Below are positions 17,665-28,161 of a stretch of DNA of 64,000 bases, in pieces. The position numbers were made by a program, and so were the translations under genes. Numbering within the stretch: the first letter of the stretch is position 1; every line of letters begins with the position of its first letter. The DNA is from a virus, in the IMG/VR virus record IMGVR_UViG_3300027370_000003, positions 9,436-73,435 of that record. One strand, 5' to 3'. The notes under the pieces were generated by a model. That model was not told the origin of the DNA. It worked only from the letters and a program-made list of their open reading frames with translations, and searched no databases.

Positions 17665-18069
17665 ATGTCTGGCCGCAGGAAGGTGCCCTCAAAAACAAGT
17701 TCGCTGACGTTGCCAGCCTACATCGAGGAAAAAATCAATTCCTTGACACTCAGCGACAATTTGACCGAGGCAGTCCTAGCGCTTCGGAAGGCGATTTTAG
17801 AGACATTCTACCCGGCAGCAGGTGATCGCTGTTCGATGTGCGGCGGCAGCGGGCTTTACCGTTACGAGAAGCGTGGTCGAAAAATAGAAGAGGGTTGCGA
17901 TGAATGCGGCGGCACCGGCCATACCGCCGAGCCATCTACAATTCGTCCGCTCCGAATGGCGCTTGGAATAATTTGCGGTCGTGAGAGCGCACCCACCGAT
18001 GAGCTGGCAAAAATAACCAGCAGCGAACTTGCCGCGTTGGTGCTTGACGGCAAAATTCTCGCCGACTGA
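17665..18069 (+). CDS. DnaJ-type Zn-finger motif protein
   Basis: CSMCGGSG...CDECGGTG; AACAGGGAGG RBS. Confidence 0.7.
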   Translation: MSGRRKVPSKTSSLTLPAYIEEKINSLTLSDNLTEAVLALRKAILETFYPAAGDRCSMCGGSGLYRYEKRGRKIEEGCDECGGTGHTAEPSTIRPLRMALGIICGRESAPTDELAKITSSELAALVLDGKILAD

Positions 18070-18228
18070 TGACAGAACAGCAGGCAACTTTGTGATGAAG
18101 CAGCCAATCGATAGCTCTCTTTGGACAGGTCGCAAGAGCCGCCCGCGACCACGATATGTAACTTGGGTAATCCAAATAGATATGCGAATTTTTCAAACTC
18201 CGCTTTGGTTTTGGGAGTGAAAACCGCC

Positions 18229-18615
18229 ATGAACATTCTGCCACCTGCCAGCTATGAATCGCTTTACGTGTGTTTCGTGAGCCGGTTAAGCGCGCGGGCG
18301 GCTGCCAAAAAATGTGACATTGATCGGGGAACGGCCACACTTTATTACCGCAGGTTTAAGAGTGGCGAGAGTCCTTCCGCCCAACCTTCTACCGAGCCTT
18401 CCACCAAGCTAGGACCAAACGATTTTCCGCCAGGGTGCCGCGTGCGCTTGAATGAAACTTACATCTATGGCGGCGCTGGGCAGATGGGAACCGTGATTAA
18501 GCCTAGTCGGCAAGGCTGGGACGAGGGAATGGGGTGGCTCGAAGTTAGAATGGACGACAGCGCATATGTGTCGGAGTGGCATTACAGCTACTTCGACCGA
18601 CATACTTCTGCTTAA
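18229..18615 (+). CDS. HTH + SH3/KOW-like hypothetical protein
   Basis: LSARAAAKKCDIDRGTATLYY HTH-like; FPPGCRVRL...GTV. Confidence 0.55.
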   Translation: MNILPPASYESLYVCFVSRLSARAAAKKCDIDRGTATLYYRRFKSGESPSAQPSTEPSTKLGPNDFPPGCRVRLNETYIYGGAGQMGTVIKPSRQGWDEGMGWLEVRMDDSAYVSEWHYSYFDRHTSA

Positions 18616-18625
18616 CAGGTGAACC

Positions 18626-19039
18626 ATGAGCCGCAGCGGATATATGGATGATATCGAGCAATGGGATTTGATCCGCTGGCGCGGTCAGGTCGCAAGCGCG
18701 ATCCGTGGCAAACGCGGTCAAGCCTTCCTGCTGGAACTGTGGCGCGCGATGCAAGCGTTGCCTGCTCACAAGCTCACCCGCGATGAGTTTGAAAACGAAT
18801 ACGATGGCACCGTTTGTGCGCTCGGCGCGGTCGGGAAGGCGCGCGGTCTCGATATGTCGAAGATCGACATTGAGGACTACGAGGCAGTAGCCGCTGCTTT
18901 CGGCATCCCGCACCAACTCGCCCAGGAAATCATGTTTATGAACGACGAGGCGTGGTGGAGAATTTCGGAAGAACAACGGTTTGCCAGAATGGCAAAATGG
19001 GTCGCCGAAAATCTCAAACCCGTCGAAGTTGCCGAGTAA
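18626..19039 (+). CDS. conserved phage hypothetical protein
   Basis: MSRSGYMDD...RWRGQVASAIRGKRGQAFL...VCALG. Confidence 0.75.
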   Translation: MSRSGYMDDIEQWDLIRWRGQVASAIRGKRGQAFLLELWRAMQALPAHKLTRDEFENEYDGTVCALGAVGKARGLDMSKIDIEDYEAVAAAFGIPHQLAQEIMFMNDEAWWRISEEQRFARMAKWVAENLKPVEVAE

Positions 19040-19052
19040 CTGAGGTTTAGCA

Positions 19053-19096
19053 TGGACCTAGGTCCACTTGACACCTAGGCCCGAGTGTGCTATGCT
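19053..19096 (+). promoter_or_regulatory. near-consensus sigma70 promoter with palindromic operator
   Basis: TTGACA(19068)-N17-TATGCT(19091); perfect 14-bp palindrome TGGACCTAGGTCCA 19053-19066; second CCTAGG at 19074. Confidence 0.85.
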
Positions 19097-19140
19097 CTGT
19101 AAATCGGAAGGGCAATCCTGCCCGCTGATAGGAGAGACAG

Positions 19141-19518
19141 ATGCAACGCGCTGACGCAATTAAGAAGCTTGGGAAGATGCTGGGTAAGAACCTCGGCTAC
19201 CGCGTAGATGACAAGGCGGCCACGCGAGAGGAACGCCAAGCCGCGCGGGCCGAGCTTACCCCAGCGATTGCCGAACGGAAAAAATTGGAAGAACAAAAGG
19301 ATGAACGGCGCCGCGCAATCCTCGCGGCTGACACCGAATACCAAAATCTATGCGCAGCCTATGAAGCGGCTCGCAAGAATACGGATCGGCTGGGGTCTAT
19401 AATGAGCCACTTCAAGATCACAGTCGGCACCACGACAAGCATGTTCTTTCACGTCAGGGCCGAAGGCGATTCTTGGGAAGAAGTCATCGACCAATTGACC
19501 AAGAAAGACGCCGCCTAA
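19141..19518 (+). CDS. 125-aa hypothetical protein, paralogue of 9060-9437
   Basis: 77% identity to 9060-9437; identical GGAGAGACAGATG leader. Confidence 0.85.
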   Translation: MQRADAIKKLGKMLGKNLGYRVDDKAATREERQAARAELTPAIAERKKLEEQKDERRRAILAADTEYQNLCAAYEAARKNTDRLGSIMSHFKITVGTTTSMFFHVRAEGDSWEEVIDQLTKKDAA

Positions 19519-19724
19519 TGACCGCCGCTCAATTCCGCACCGCGCTCGGGCGCCTCAAGCTCAGTCAGCTTGGGGCGGGTCGCTTGTTCGGTGCAGAAAG
19601 CGAGCGCACTCCCCGCCGTTGGGCATCAGGCGAACGCAGCGTCCCGACTTCCGTTGCGATCTTGCTTCGCCTGATGCTCGCCGGAAAAGTTTCAGTTGAG
19701 GATGTACAAAATGCGTCTGAGTGA
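19518..19724 (+). CDS. small XRE-family HTH regulator
   Basis: MTAAQFRTALGRLKLSQLGAGRLFG...RTPRRWASGERSVP; TAATG coupling. Confidence 0.85.
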   Translation: MTAAQFRTALGRLKLSQLGAGRLFGAESERTPRRWASGERSVPTSVAILLRLMLAGKVSVEDVQNASE

Positions 19725-20709
19725 ACTGATGGAATCCTACCGCACCGACCCGGTATCGAACTTCGCCAAGCTCGAATACTGCACGCGGCGGTATTACGTC
19801 CGGCTCATGGCGCAGATCGAGCGCGCCCACGGCGACGTGGACGTGGCGACCATCAAGGGCCGCACGATCTACGAATGGCACCAAGCCTGGACTAACGGCG
19901 GCCGGAAGGTCTCCATGGGCCACGCCCTTGTCGGGATGCTGCGCACACTCGCCAACTTCGGATTCTTCGCGCTCGATGACGAAGCGTGCCAGCGGCTCGG
20001 GCTGCTACTGAGCAAAGGCCGCTTCGCCAACGGCAAGCCGCGGACGGTCCACATCACGCGCGAGCAAGCCACCGCGATTTGCAACGCCGCGCGCCCGCGC
20101 CTCCCAATGGTCGGGCTCGCACAAGCCCTGCAATTTGAATGCACTTGGCGACAAAAGGACGTGCTTGGCGAATGGCTTCCGATTGGGGAGCCGGGACTGT
20201 CCGACGTTTGCTCGATGCACCCGAAAAGAGGCCCTATGAAGTGGCTCAAGGGTTTGCGCTGGGAAGAAATCGGCCCTGATTTTGTCGTTCACCACGTCAC
20301 CAGCAAGCGCAAGAAACTGTCGGAGCCGGACCTGAGATTGGCGCTGCTGGTCATGGCCGAACTTGAGCATATGTGGCCGGGATGCTCTGCCGATCGATCA
20401 TTGCTGCCGGCGAGCGGTCCCGTCATCATCGATGAATATACCGGCTTCCCCTACAAGGCCGATGACTTCCGCGAGGAATGGCGGATCATCGCGACTGAAT
20501 GCGGCGTGCCATTGAACGTACAGAACCGGGATGCGCGGGCTGGCGCAATCAGTGAAGCCATCGCCATGGGCGCGCAAGCTGCGCACGTCCGGGATGCCGC
20601 AACGCATTCCGACGTTTCACAGACGATGGACTACAGCCGCGCCAGCCGGGAGAACACCCATACCGTGCAGCGGATGCGGATGGAAAAGAGCAGCGAGAAG
20701 GTGGCGTGA
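19711..20709 (+). CDS. int: tyrosine recombinase / integrase
   Basis: Catalytic set WRQKD (R), TSKR (K), NRDAR (H/N-x-x-R), THS (H), MDY (Y). Confidence 0.82.
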   Translation: MRLSELMESYRTDPVSNFAKLEYCTRRYYVRLMAQIERAHGDVDVATIKGRTIYEWHQAWTNGGRKVSMGHALVGMLRTLANFGFFALDDEACQRLGLLLSKGRFANGKPRTVHITREQATAICNAARPRLPMVGLAQALQFECTWRQKDVLGEWLPIGEPGLSDVCSMHPKRGPMKWLKGLRWEEIGPDFVVHHVTSKRKKLSEPDLRLALLVMAELEHMWPGCSADRSLLPASGPVIIDEYTGFPYKADDFREEWRIIATECGVPLNVQNRDARAGAISEAIAMGAQAAHVRDAATHSDVSQTMDYSRASRENTHTVQRMRMEKSSEKVA

Positions 20710-20942
20710 TGGCAATACTGGCGCCGACGAAACGGTTGGATGGAAGCGCCTGCGAATGCGGGCGCCCGACCGGCAAGTGCATAAAGGGCGACATGGCCTA
20801 TTGCGACGCTTGGGAAGAACAAGACTGTCCGTCGTGCGGCGGGAGCGGCGTCCGTGATGATGAGTGCACCTGCATGGATGACACTTGTTGCTGCCTATAT
20901 CCGACGCCGCCCGTCTGCTCTGAGTGCGGCGGCCGAGGATAG
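20709..20942 (+). CDS. Cys-rich Zn-finger protein
   Basis: CECG...CPSCGGSG...CSECGGRG. Confidence 0.65.
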   Translation: MAILAPTKRLDGSACECGRPTGKCIKGDMAYCDAWEEQDCPSCGGSGVRDDECTCMDDTCCCLYPTPPVCSECGGRG

Positions 20943-20983
20943 ATGCATTTGCGTCGTTACTCGCCAACTTCACGAGGCTAACT

Positions 20984-21547
20984 ATGACCGTCAATCCTCC
21001 GCGCTTCACTCCCGCCGACGCCGACCGCGCCTATGAAGAATGGGGCATGAATTGCGGTCCTAGCGCGCTCGCGGCAGTCATGGGCATGACGTTCGATGAG
21101 GTCCGGCCGCACATGGGCGACTTTGAGCGCAAGCACTACACCAATCCGAGCCTGATGAATGCCGCGCTGCGAAGCATCGGGCGCCCGTGGCGCAAGATCG
21201 GAGCGGAGTGGCCGCGTTTCGGCCTAGCCCGAATTCAATGGGAAGGCCCATGGACGAAGCCCGGCGTGCCGATGCGCGCCCGCTATCGCTACACCCATTG
21301 GGTGGGCGTCTGTAAGAGCCAGACCACCGGTATCTTCGACATCAACTGCATGAACAACGGCACCGGGTGGTGCTCCCTGGACGACTGGGTTTTGGTGATC
21401 GTGCCGTACCTAACCGCGCAATATCCGCGCGCCACCGGCGGCTGGCACATCACGCACGCAATCGAAATTGAGAAGGCCGGGAAGATCGCACGCACCGTGC
21501 TTAGCTTTCCAGGCGATCCCGATCTTGAACTGACGGCAGCAGAGTAA
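20984..21547 (+). CDS. papain-fold (C39-like) peptidase-like protein
   Basis: NCGPSALAAV (Cys), THWVGV (His), IFDIN (Asp). Confidence 0.55.
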   Translation: MTVNPPRFTPADADRAYEEWGMNCGPSALAAVMGMTFDEVRPHMGDFERKHYTNPSLMNAALRSIGRPWRKIGAEWPRFGLARIQWEGPWTKPGVPMRARYRYTHWVGVCKSQTTGIFDINCMNNGTGWCSLDDWVLVIVPYLTAQYPRATGGWHITHAIEIEKAGKIARTVLSFPGDPDLELTAAE

Positions 21548-21563
21548 CACGGGGTTAATCACT

Positions 21564-24500
21564 ATGAGCGCTCCAAAGATGCGTGTGTCCTGGCGAGAAG
21601 ACCGCCGCCGCTGGGAAGTGTGGGAGGAATACCGACTCGGCCCGGCGAAACACCATTCCTTCCATCGGACGGAAGGTGAAGCTAAAAGCGCAGCCCGCGC
21701 ACAAGCTGCCCAGGACAAAATAGATCAGGCACTATCAGGACGGCAGTCATGAGGACCACGATCACATTGCTTGATGGCACCGAACTTCGCGTTGGCAATG
21801 AATGCCGCGTGCAAATGGTTGCTCATGGACGCTGGCGCGTCGCAGAACTTATCGAGATCGCGCAAGGAACCGGCGTCGAGCGGACATTCGTCAAGCTGAA
21901 AGACGGAACCAAAATCGGCCCGGTATCCCGCTACAAGCTGCGGCCGACATCAAGACAGTAGCAGGACGTATGTCGCTATGAGCAACAGAACCTTGGTTAG
22001 GAGTATCCAGGCCGAGAAGCGTGACGCGGCAGAGCGCGTGACGGCGCTAAGTCTGCAGGCGATGGCTTGGCGCCAACTTGCGCTGATCGGTCTTGTCGAT
22101 CAGGAATATGCGCGAAAGACGGCTCAGTGGCTTTTGTGGCAGACGGTTCCTTTTACAAACGGGCCGGCCATCGAGCAATTCATTGCTGAGACGGCAGATC
22201 GCGCTCGGCAATGCGCCATAGATGCCGGCGTCTGTAGCGACTAACCGCCGAGGAACCGCTAGGAGCAAACATGCGTTTAGAGCAACACAAATTCGCGGCA
22301 TGGCTTAGAGCAAAGCCGCCAGAAACAATCGTTGGCGAGAACCGCGATTGCCATTGTTGCCCGATCGCCAAGTTCTATGCCGAAATATGCGGCGGCGAGA
22401 TTGTGATCTTCGAGAGGCTTGGGGAAGGCTATTTCATAGATCGGGGCTACGATGCCCGTCTGGCGCCTCAGTGGGCGGCCAGATTTATTTCGTCAGTCGA
22501 TGGTGACGACAACGGCAAGATCACCGCACGCCGCGCACTCGAAATTCTAACCGACTGACCCGTCCAAAGCAGGGAGATTGAAAATGATGAAGGCCGTCGA
22601 ATCTCTGAGCAGGTTGCCATTCGGGACCGCCAGAGAAATTCTCAATCAGCTTGAAGCGGACGGCTTTACCATTGTCCCGAAAGAGCCGACCGATGCGCAG
22701 GTCATCAATGCTCTTGATTGGGCGCTGGAATGGATGCGCCAGCACAAGGTCGATGGACTGTCGCCGTTCAAAGATTATCCGCCGGTTGGCGAAACTACCA
22801 AGGGTATGTACCGCGCAATGATCCTAGCGGCTAATCAGTAGAGAACAGCTATGGGCATCAACCAATTAGACTCTCCCCTCCTTGTCACGACGCCGCTCGG
22901 CGAAGCGGTCTGTCATTTCGTCTATGATGGAGGCGACGAGACCTATTGGGGCTGTTTCCAAAAACAAACCTGCGAGCTTTGGTGGTGGCGCGGTCAATTT
23001 ATACGCTACGCTGTCCATCTTTCGGAAGGATTTTGTAAGCAGAGCCCGATCAAGGAAGAACCGGACATGGGGTCCGCGCTGGCCCCACATCGCGAACGAT
23101 ACGCGCGATGACATCACAAATGCAGGGAACTGAAATGAGCGACTGGCAATCTAAAGAGACAATGCCGAAAGAGGGTCGGTTCTTGGCCACGCTTCGCGTC
23201 TATAGCAACAGCACAAAGAAATTCAGTCATTGGGACACACATGTTCTCTATCTCGATGAGTTCGGCGATCTTGAAGATGACCAGGGCTGGGAACTCAGCG
23301 ATTACGAGTATTGGTGCCCAATTCCGCCTTACCCGCCAGAAGAACCTGTCGTCTCAAACGACGGTTAAACCCCCAACAGCATGGGACTGAAATGAACCCA
23401 ACCGAACGCGCTGCGGCCGACATCATGGAAATTCTAAATGGCCTCCAATCGCCGCGCCACGCAGCGGCCGCCATCGCGATAGTGCGTGCCAACCTGTTCG
23501 TCGGCGGTGGTGCCACAGATGCAGCGGACGTTGCCAATATGATGAACGATGACGATAGAGCCGCCGTTGAAATATGGGAAGCAATCGCGCAACGTGGGCA
23601 CTGACGATGACTGAGCAGGAGAAAGTTGTTGATCTGGAAGCTTGGAGGAATCGGTACATCGCCAATTGGATACAAAGTGTGTTCAATCAACTTCCAGCCG
23701 CCGCGATCAAACGCCTGATGCGTGAGGCTAAGAAAATGGATGCTGACGCCGAGATAGTCGGGAGCAACAAATGACCGATGACGTTGAGCGGCCCCTTGCC
23801 TATGTCCCCATTCGCGGCCCTGGCGTAGATCGCCTTGAGCGCCGCAAGGAGCGCGGCAGTCTCAAAGAAATCACAGAAAGAGAACTGCGGGCTTCGGTAG
23901 AGCGTTCCATAGGCCGCATTACCAAAGCGATCAAACAACTCGTCACCGCCTTTAATTCGCGCACTGATCCCTGAACAGCAGGCAAAACATATGCGAGACA
24001 TGCCCTACATCGACGCGCTGATAGCTGCCTTCTGTACATCATGCGATGAGTCGAGCGCGGCCGATCAAGCCATTCTGTTTGATGCCAGCCTTGAAAAATC
24101 AGGATGGGCGATTGTTCGTACTACGGAGATCGCCAGCCTGCGGGCCGCGCTAGAAATGATCGCCGGCCGGCGACAGTGTCTCGACAATCTCATGAGTAAT
24201 GTAACCATTGCGGAAACTGCGTTAGATGCTAATGAGCAGAATGTCGGGAAAGACATGAGCATCATTACAATCGACCCGGCCAGTCTATCGGAAAAGTCGG
24301 TAGCAGAAATCGACGCCGAACTTTCGGTTCTCTATAATTACGCCGCCATGGCGCTTGGGTTGCGCGCACTGCGGGCTAAGTCCACTGACGGCTACCCGCC
24401 AATGCCGGTTGATTTGTCGCCGCGAGTTGAGGTGGTGTTCCAGCCGACCAAACACGACAGTTAAGCGATTACTCGGGAGAATCTGATGCCGTTCTGCAAA

Positions 24501-24998
24501 GACTGTGACGAGCACTATCTCACCACGCACACGTGTCCTCCGCTTTGGGAGGCGCGAATTTACGACAAAAAATATCCGAATGACTGGACAGAGGTTCACG
24601 GTATTGATCCCGAGCGCGCCGCTGCAAGATTTGCGGAATGCTACGACCGGAACGGCGATTACGACATCATCAGGCGCGGTGGCGATGAGATCGAGGTTCG
24701 GAAGCCGGGAGAAGATAAGATCGTCCTGGTCAACGTATCCGCTGAAACCGTGCCGCACTACTACGGCCACATTCAAGCGGCGCGCTAATGGCCAACAAGC
24801 AGGGAAATCATGAAAACATTCGCAGGAATTGCACTAGGCTTCGCGCTTATGCCGGCAACTCTTGGGCTGATTGGCACTTTTGCTTGGACAGGTATTCACT
24901 TTGAACTGTCCAGAACTGATACCGTGCTGGGCGCCGCTCTAGGCATCGTAACGCTGATTATAGCTGCGGCTGTTGGATTCAAGTATTTGGCCAGTTAA
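21564..24998 (+). other. run of about 13 small co-oriented hypothetical CDS (21564-21752, 21749-21961, 21978-22244, 22271-22558, 22584-22841, 22851-23111, 23108-23368, 23392-23604, 23607-23774, 23771-23974, 23991-24464, 24486-24788, 24810-24998)
   Basis: Tight tiling, SD motifs and stop/start overlaps; no family recognised except a DUF551-like WQS...WCPIP protein (23108) and a 2-TM peptide (24810). Confidence 0.65.
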
Positions 24999-25088
24999 CA
25001 AGAGATCAGCCTCTTGCCTCCCGCCCAGGTTCCGCCTAAAAGCCCGGGTAGCGGCGTAGCGCAGTGATGCGTGAGTCCCTTTTCCCCG

Positions 25089-25128
25089 AGGCGGTCCGGA
25101 TTAAAACCCCGGGCCGCCTTTCCCTTTT
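25089..25128 (+). terminator. GC hairpin, likely terminator of the accessory operon
   Basis: AGGCGGTCCGG...CCGGGCCGCCT followed by TTCCCTTTT. Confidence 0.55.
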
Positions 25129-25244
25129 CAGCCCATCAGGACCGAGATCGTCACCGCCCAGACCGCGACCGTCGCCAGAAACGCCGCCAGAGCGACGAAC
25201 TCCTCCGGCCCGAGCAATATCCAGATCAGCCTCAATTTATGCAT
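25128..25244 (-). CDS. 38-aa hydrophobic peptide
   Basis: GGAGGG RBS; MHKLRLIWILLGPEEFVALAAFLATVAVWAVTISVLMG. Confidence 0.55.
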   Translation of the reverse strand: MHKLRLIWILLGPEEFVALAAFLATVAVWAVTISVLMG

Positions 25245-25350
25245 CGAACCCTCCGTTTATGCACGAGCAACCATAGGGCCGAAGGGTTAAGGCTTTCCTA
25301 ATTCGGAGCCTCTCGCCAAACCTATCCGAACCTATATGCTCGGAGACGCT

Positions 25351-25998
25351 ATGAATGAGACCCTAAAACCACCGCCAGAGCCCCCAGGACGGCCCGCAGA
25401 GGCCCCGCCTGTTGCGCCAAAACTGACCAAGGCAGGTCTACCGCGGAAAAAAACGGGCCCACCCAAGGGCGTCCGGCCGGGCGGCAAACAGAAGGGATCG
25501 AAGAACAAGGCTACGCTCGCGCGCGAAAAAAAGGCGCGCGAGGAGTTGGAACGGCTCAAGGCCCAGGAAGCGGCCGCGCAAGCAGCGATAACTGCGGAGG
25601 TTGAGAAGGCGACTGGGAAGCCTCCGGTGTCGGGCAAGGACGTGCTCATCCAGCTCGTGAGCGTTTACATGGGGCTGACGGCGTTTTACCAGCCGTGGGC
25701 GCAGTGGAACATGGTCAACGGGATGCGGACGAACTCGAACCCGAATTACGACGAGGCCATGTTCCGGCACTACTCAGCGATGGCGAAGGAAACCGCGGCG
25801 GTCCTGACGCCGTTCCAACACCCGCGCTATTCGGCGATGGTAGTTGGAGCCTCGGTTGTCACGAAGGTCGAGATCGACGGCGGCTTCCCATCCGATTTCA
25901 GGGCGCCGGTTGGGCTCGGGACCGTGTTACCGGCCCTCACCGTGATTTCGGCAGAGGATGAGGAACCGCCGGCGCTGCCAAAGGTCGTGAACGAATGA
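25351..25998 (+). CDS. terminase small subunit (putative)
   Basis: GGKQKGSKNKAT motif; directly upstream of terL. Confidence 0.7.
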   Translation: MNETLKPPPEPPGRPAEAPPVAPKLTKAGLPRKKTGPPKGVRPGGKQKGSKNKATLAREKKAREELERLKAQEAAAQAAITAEVEKATGKPPVSGKDVLIQLVSVYMGLTAFYQPWAQWNMVNGMRTNSNPNYDEAMFRHYSAMAKETAAVLTPFQHPRYSAMVVGASVVTKVEIDGGFPSDFRAPVGLGTVLPALTVISAEDEEPPALPKVVNE

Positions 25999-26062
25999 TG
26001 GCGTTCGTGCGAATGCTGGTCGAAGGGTGTCGGCTCCGCTGTGCGCGGCGGAGATGGCGCCG

Positions 26063-27409
26063 ATGAGCGACGTCGGCATGGTGCCGTTCGAGGCGCAGAC
26101 CGCCCGCGTGACGCTTCCCACGTTCCACCCCGCCCAGGCGAAGCTCCGCTGGCTCATGTCCCAAGCGCCCTACGTCGTGGCCCGCTGCGGTCGCCGGTGG
26201 GGCAAAAACGTGATCGGCGAATCGGTGGCGATCGATGACGCCGCGAAAGGCCGCTACGTCGGGTGGTTTGCCCCGGAGCGGAACCGACTTTTGGAATCCT
26301 ACAACGTCATCGTCGAGGCGCTCGACCCGATCAAGAAAAGCTCCGATAAGACGCATGGTATCATTCGGACGATCACCGGCGGACGGGTCGACTTCTGGTC
26401 GCTCGAGGACGAAAACGCCGGCCGCTCCCGAAAGTATCACCGCGTCATCGGCGACGAGATCGCTTTCACCAAACCCAACACGATCGATATCTGGACCAAG
26501 TCGATCAAGCCGACGCTCCTCGACTACGGCGGCCGGGCATTGATGATGTCAAATACGAATGGAATCGATAGCACCAACTTTCTCTATGCGCTTTGCCACG
26601 ACGCCGCCTACGGGTTTGTCCAGTTTCATGCGCCGACCCGATCAAATCCGTTCCTGCCTAGAGATGCGATCGAGGCGTTGCAAAGGGACAATCTACCACT
26701 GGTTTATCAGCAAGAATTTCTCGCAGAATTTGTCGACTGGTCAGGTTCCGCCTTTTTCTCGCGGGATAAGCTGTTGGTGAACGGCGAGCCGATGGACATG
26801 CCGATCCGCTGCGAAGCGGTCTATGCGGTCATCGACTCAGCCACGAAGACCGGGAAGACAAACGATGGCACTGGCGTGGTGTTTTTCGCCCTGGTCCGCA
26901 ATCACATCCGGCCGGTCGGCGTAGATGGCCAAGTCGGCCCCGCCTATCGGCTGGTCATCATCGACTGGGATCTGGTCCAGATCGAAGGCGCGCTGCTCGA
27001 GACTTGGTTGCCGACGGTCTTTCAAATCCTCGGCGATCTTGCGGTAAAATGCCAAGCCAATCGCGGAAGCCTTGGCGTTTTCATCGAGGACAAGTCCTCG
27101 GGCATGATTCTGCTACAGCAGGCGCGACGTCGTGGTTGGCCCGCGTTCCCGATCGAATCGCCGCTCACAAAGGTGGGCAAAGACGAGCGCTGCATTTCGG
27201 TTTCGGGCTATGTGTACAAGGAACTCTGCAAGATAGCGCGCCCGGCCTACGACAAGGTCACAAATTACAAGGGGACCGTGCGGAATCATCTTCTCGGCCA
27301 GGTCGTCGGTTTTCGGGTCGGGGACAAGGATTCCACACGGGAAGACGATTTGACAGACTGCTTCGCCTACGGCCTAGCGATTGCCCTTGGAAACGCCGAA
27401 GGTTTTTAA
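26063..27409 (+). CDS. terL: terminase large subunit
   Basis: Walker A CGRRWGKN, Walker B IGDE, QEFLAEF, nuclease IDSA...DDLTD. Confidence 0.95.
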   Translation: MSDVGMVPFEAQTARVTLPTFHPAQAKLRWLMSQAPYVVARCGRRWGKNVIGESVAIDDAAKGRYVGWFAPERNRLLESYNVIVEALDPIKKSSDKTHGIIRTITGGRVDFWSLEDENAGRSRKYHRVIGDEIAFTKPNTIDIWTKSIKPTLLDYGGRALMMSNTNGIDSTNFLYALCHDAAYGFVQFHAPTRSNPFLPRDAIEALQRDNLPLVYQQEFLAEFVDWSGSAFFSRDKLLVNGEPMDMPIRCEAVYAVIDSATKTGKTNDGTGVVFFALVRNHIRPVGVDGQVGPAYRLVIIDWDLVQIEGALLETWLPTVFQILGDLAVKCQANRGSLGVFIEDKSSGMILLQQARRRGWPAFPIESPLTKVGKDERCISVSGYVYKELCKIARPAYDKVTNYKGTVRNHLLGQVVGFRVGDKDSTREDDLTDCFAYGLAIALGNAEGF

Positions 27410-27437
27410 GTCGGTCGAACCCTGCTATGGTGCATCT

Positions 27438-28158
27438 ATGTGGGCTTCGCTCTTCACGATCTTCTTCCTCGCCGCGCTGTGGGTCGTGTGGGCGCTGATC
27501 TTCTGGGGCAAGGCGCCGAACGTGACGGAGGTCGCTGGGCGGCGGCTCGTCAACCAAGCTCGGCGCCGGCGGCCGTTCTGATTCAACAGGGAGATACTGC
27601 AATGGACGACAGGGAAATTCGTGTTCGATGTATCGAAGCTGCGGTGAAGATGACGGAATCAGTCAGGGCGAGCGGCTATACCGCTTTCGATCCGCTCGAC
27701 AAGGCCAAGCAATTCTATGCCTGGGCCACCGAACCGGCACCGGGCATTATCGATCTTGTAATGGGCGTGAAGTCGCCCACAGATGCCGCAAAGAGGGGCG
27801 CGCAGTGACCGAATCACCAATGAACGGCGCGGCTACCGAGGAGCAAGTTCTCCCCGCACTCCCCGACGCAGCCCCGCCGCCCGATCCGAACGCTATAATC
27901 GACGCGCAGCTAGGCCCTATCGTCGGCGTCATGGTCCGCGGCATCATGTCCGGCGCTACCGGGATTCCGGCGGGGCTCATCCTCAACGCGATCGCCCGGC
28001 AGACCGGCAAGATGCTGGCGCTGAGCGTGGTCGGTAATCCGGTCGACCAGGTCGCCAAGGCCCGGCGGGACTTTGTCGATTCATTCCGCGACGGCCTCGC
28101 CAAGGTCTCAATCCTGCAGGCGGGGAACCTGCCGCAGCAGCCACCGCCCCGAGGATAG
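27438..28158 (+). CDS. three small hypothetical proteins (27438-27581 membrane, 27602-27808, 27805-28158)
   Basis: Tiling between terL and portal; CAACAGGGAG before 27602. Confidence 0.55.
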
Positions 28159-28161
28159 CGA

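Noticed and set aside
9060-19518. Invertible 10-kb segment bounded by the paralogous genes
   Set aside because: Copies are about 23% diverged in protein with no long identical core, and there is no evidence the integrase acts there.
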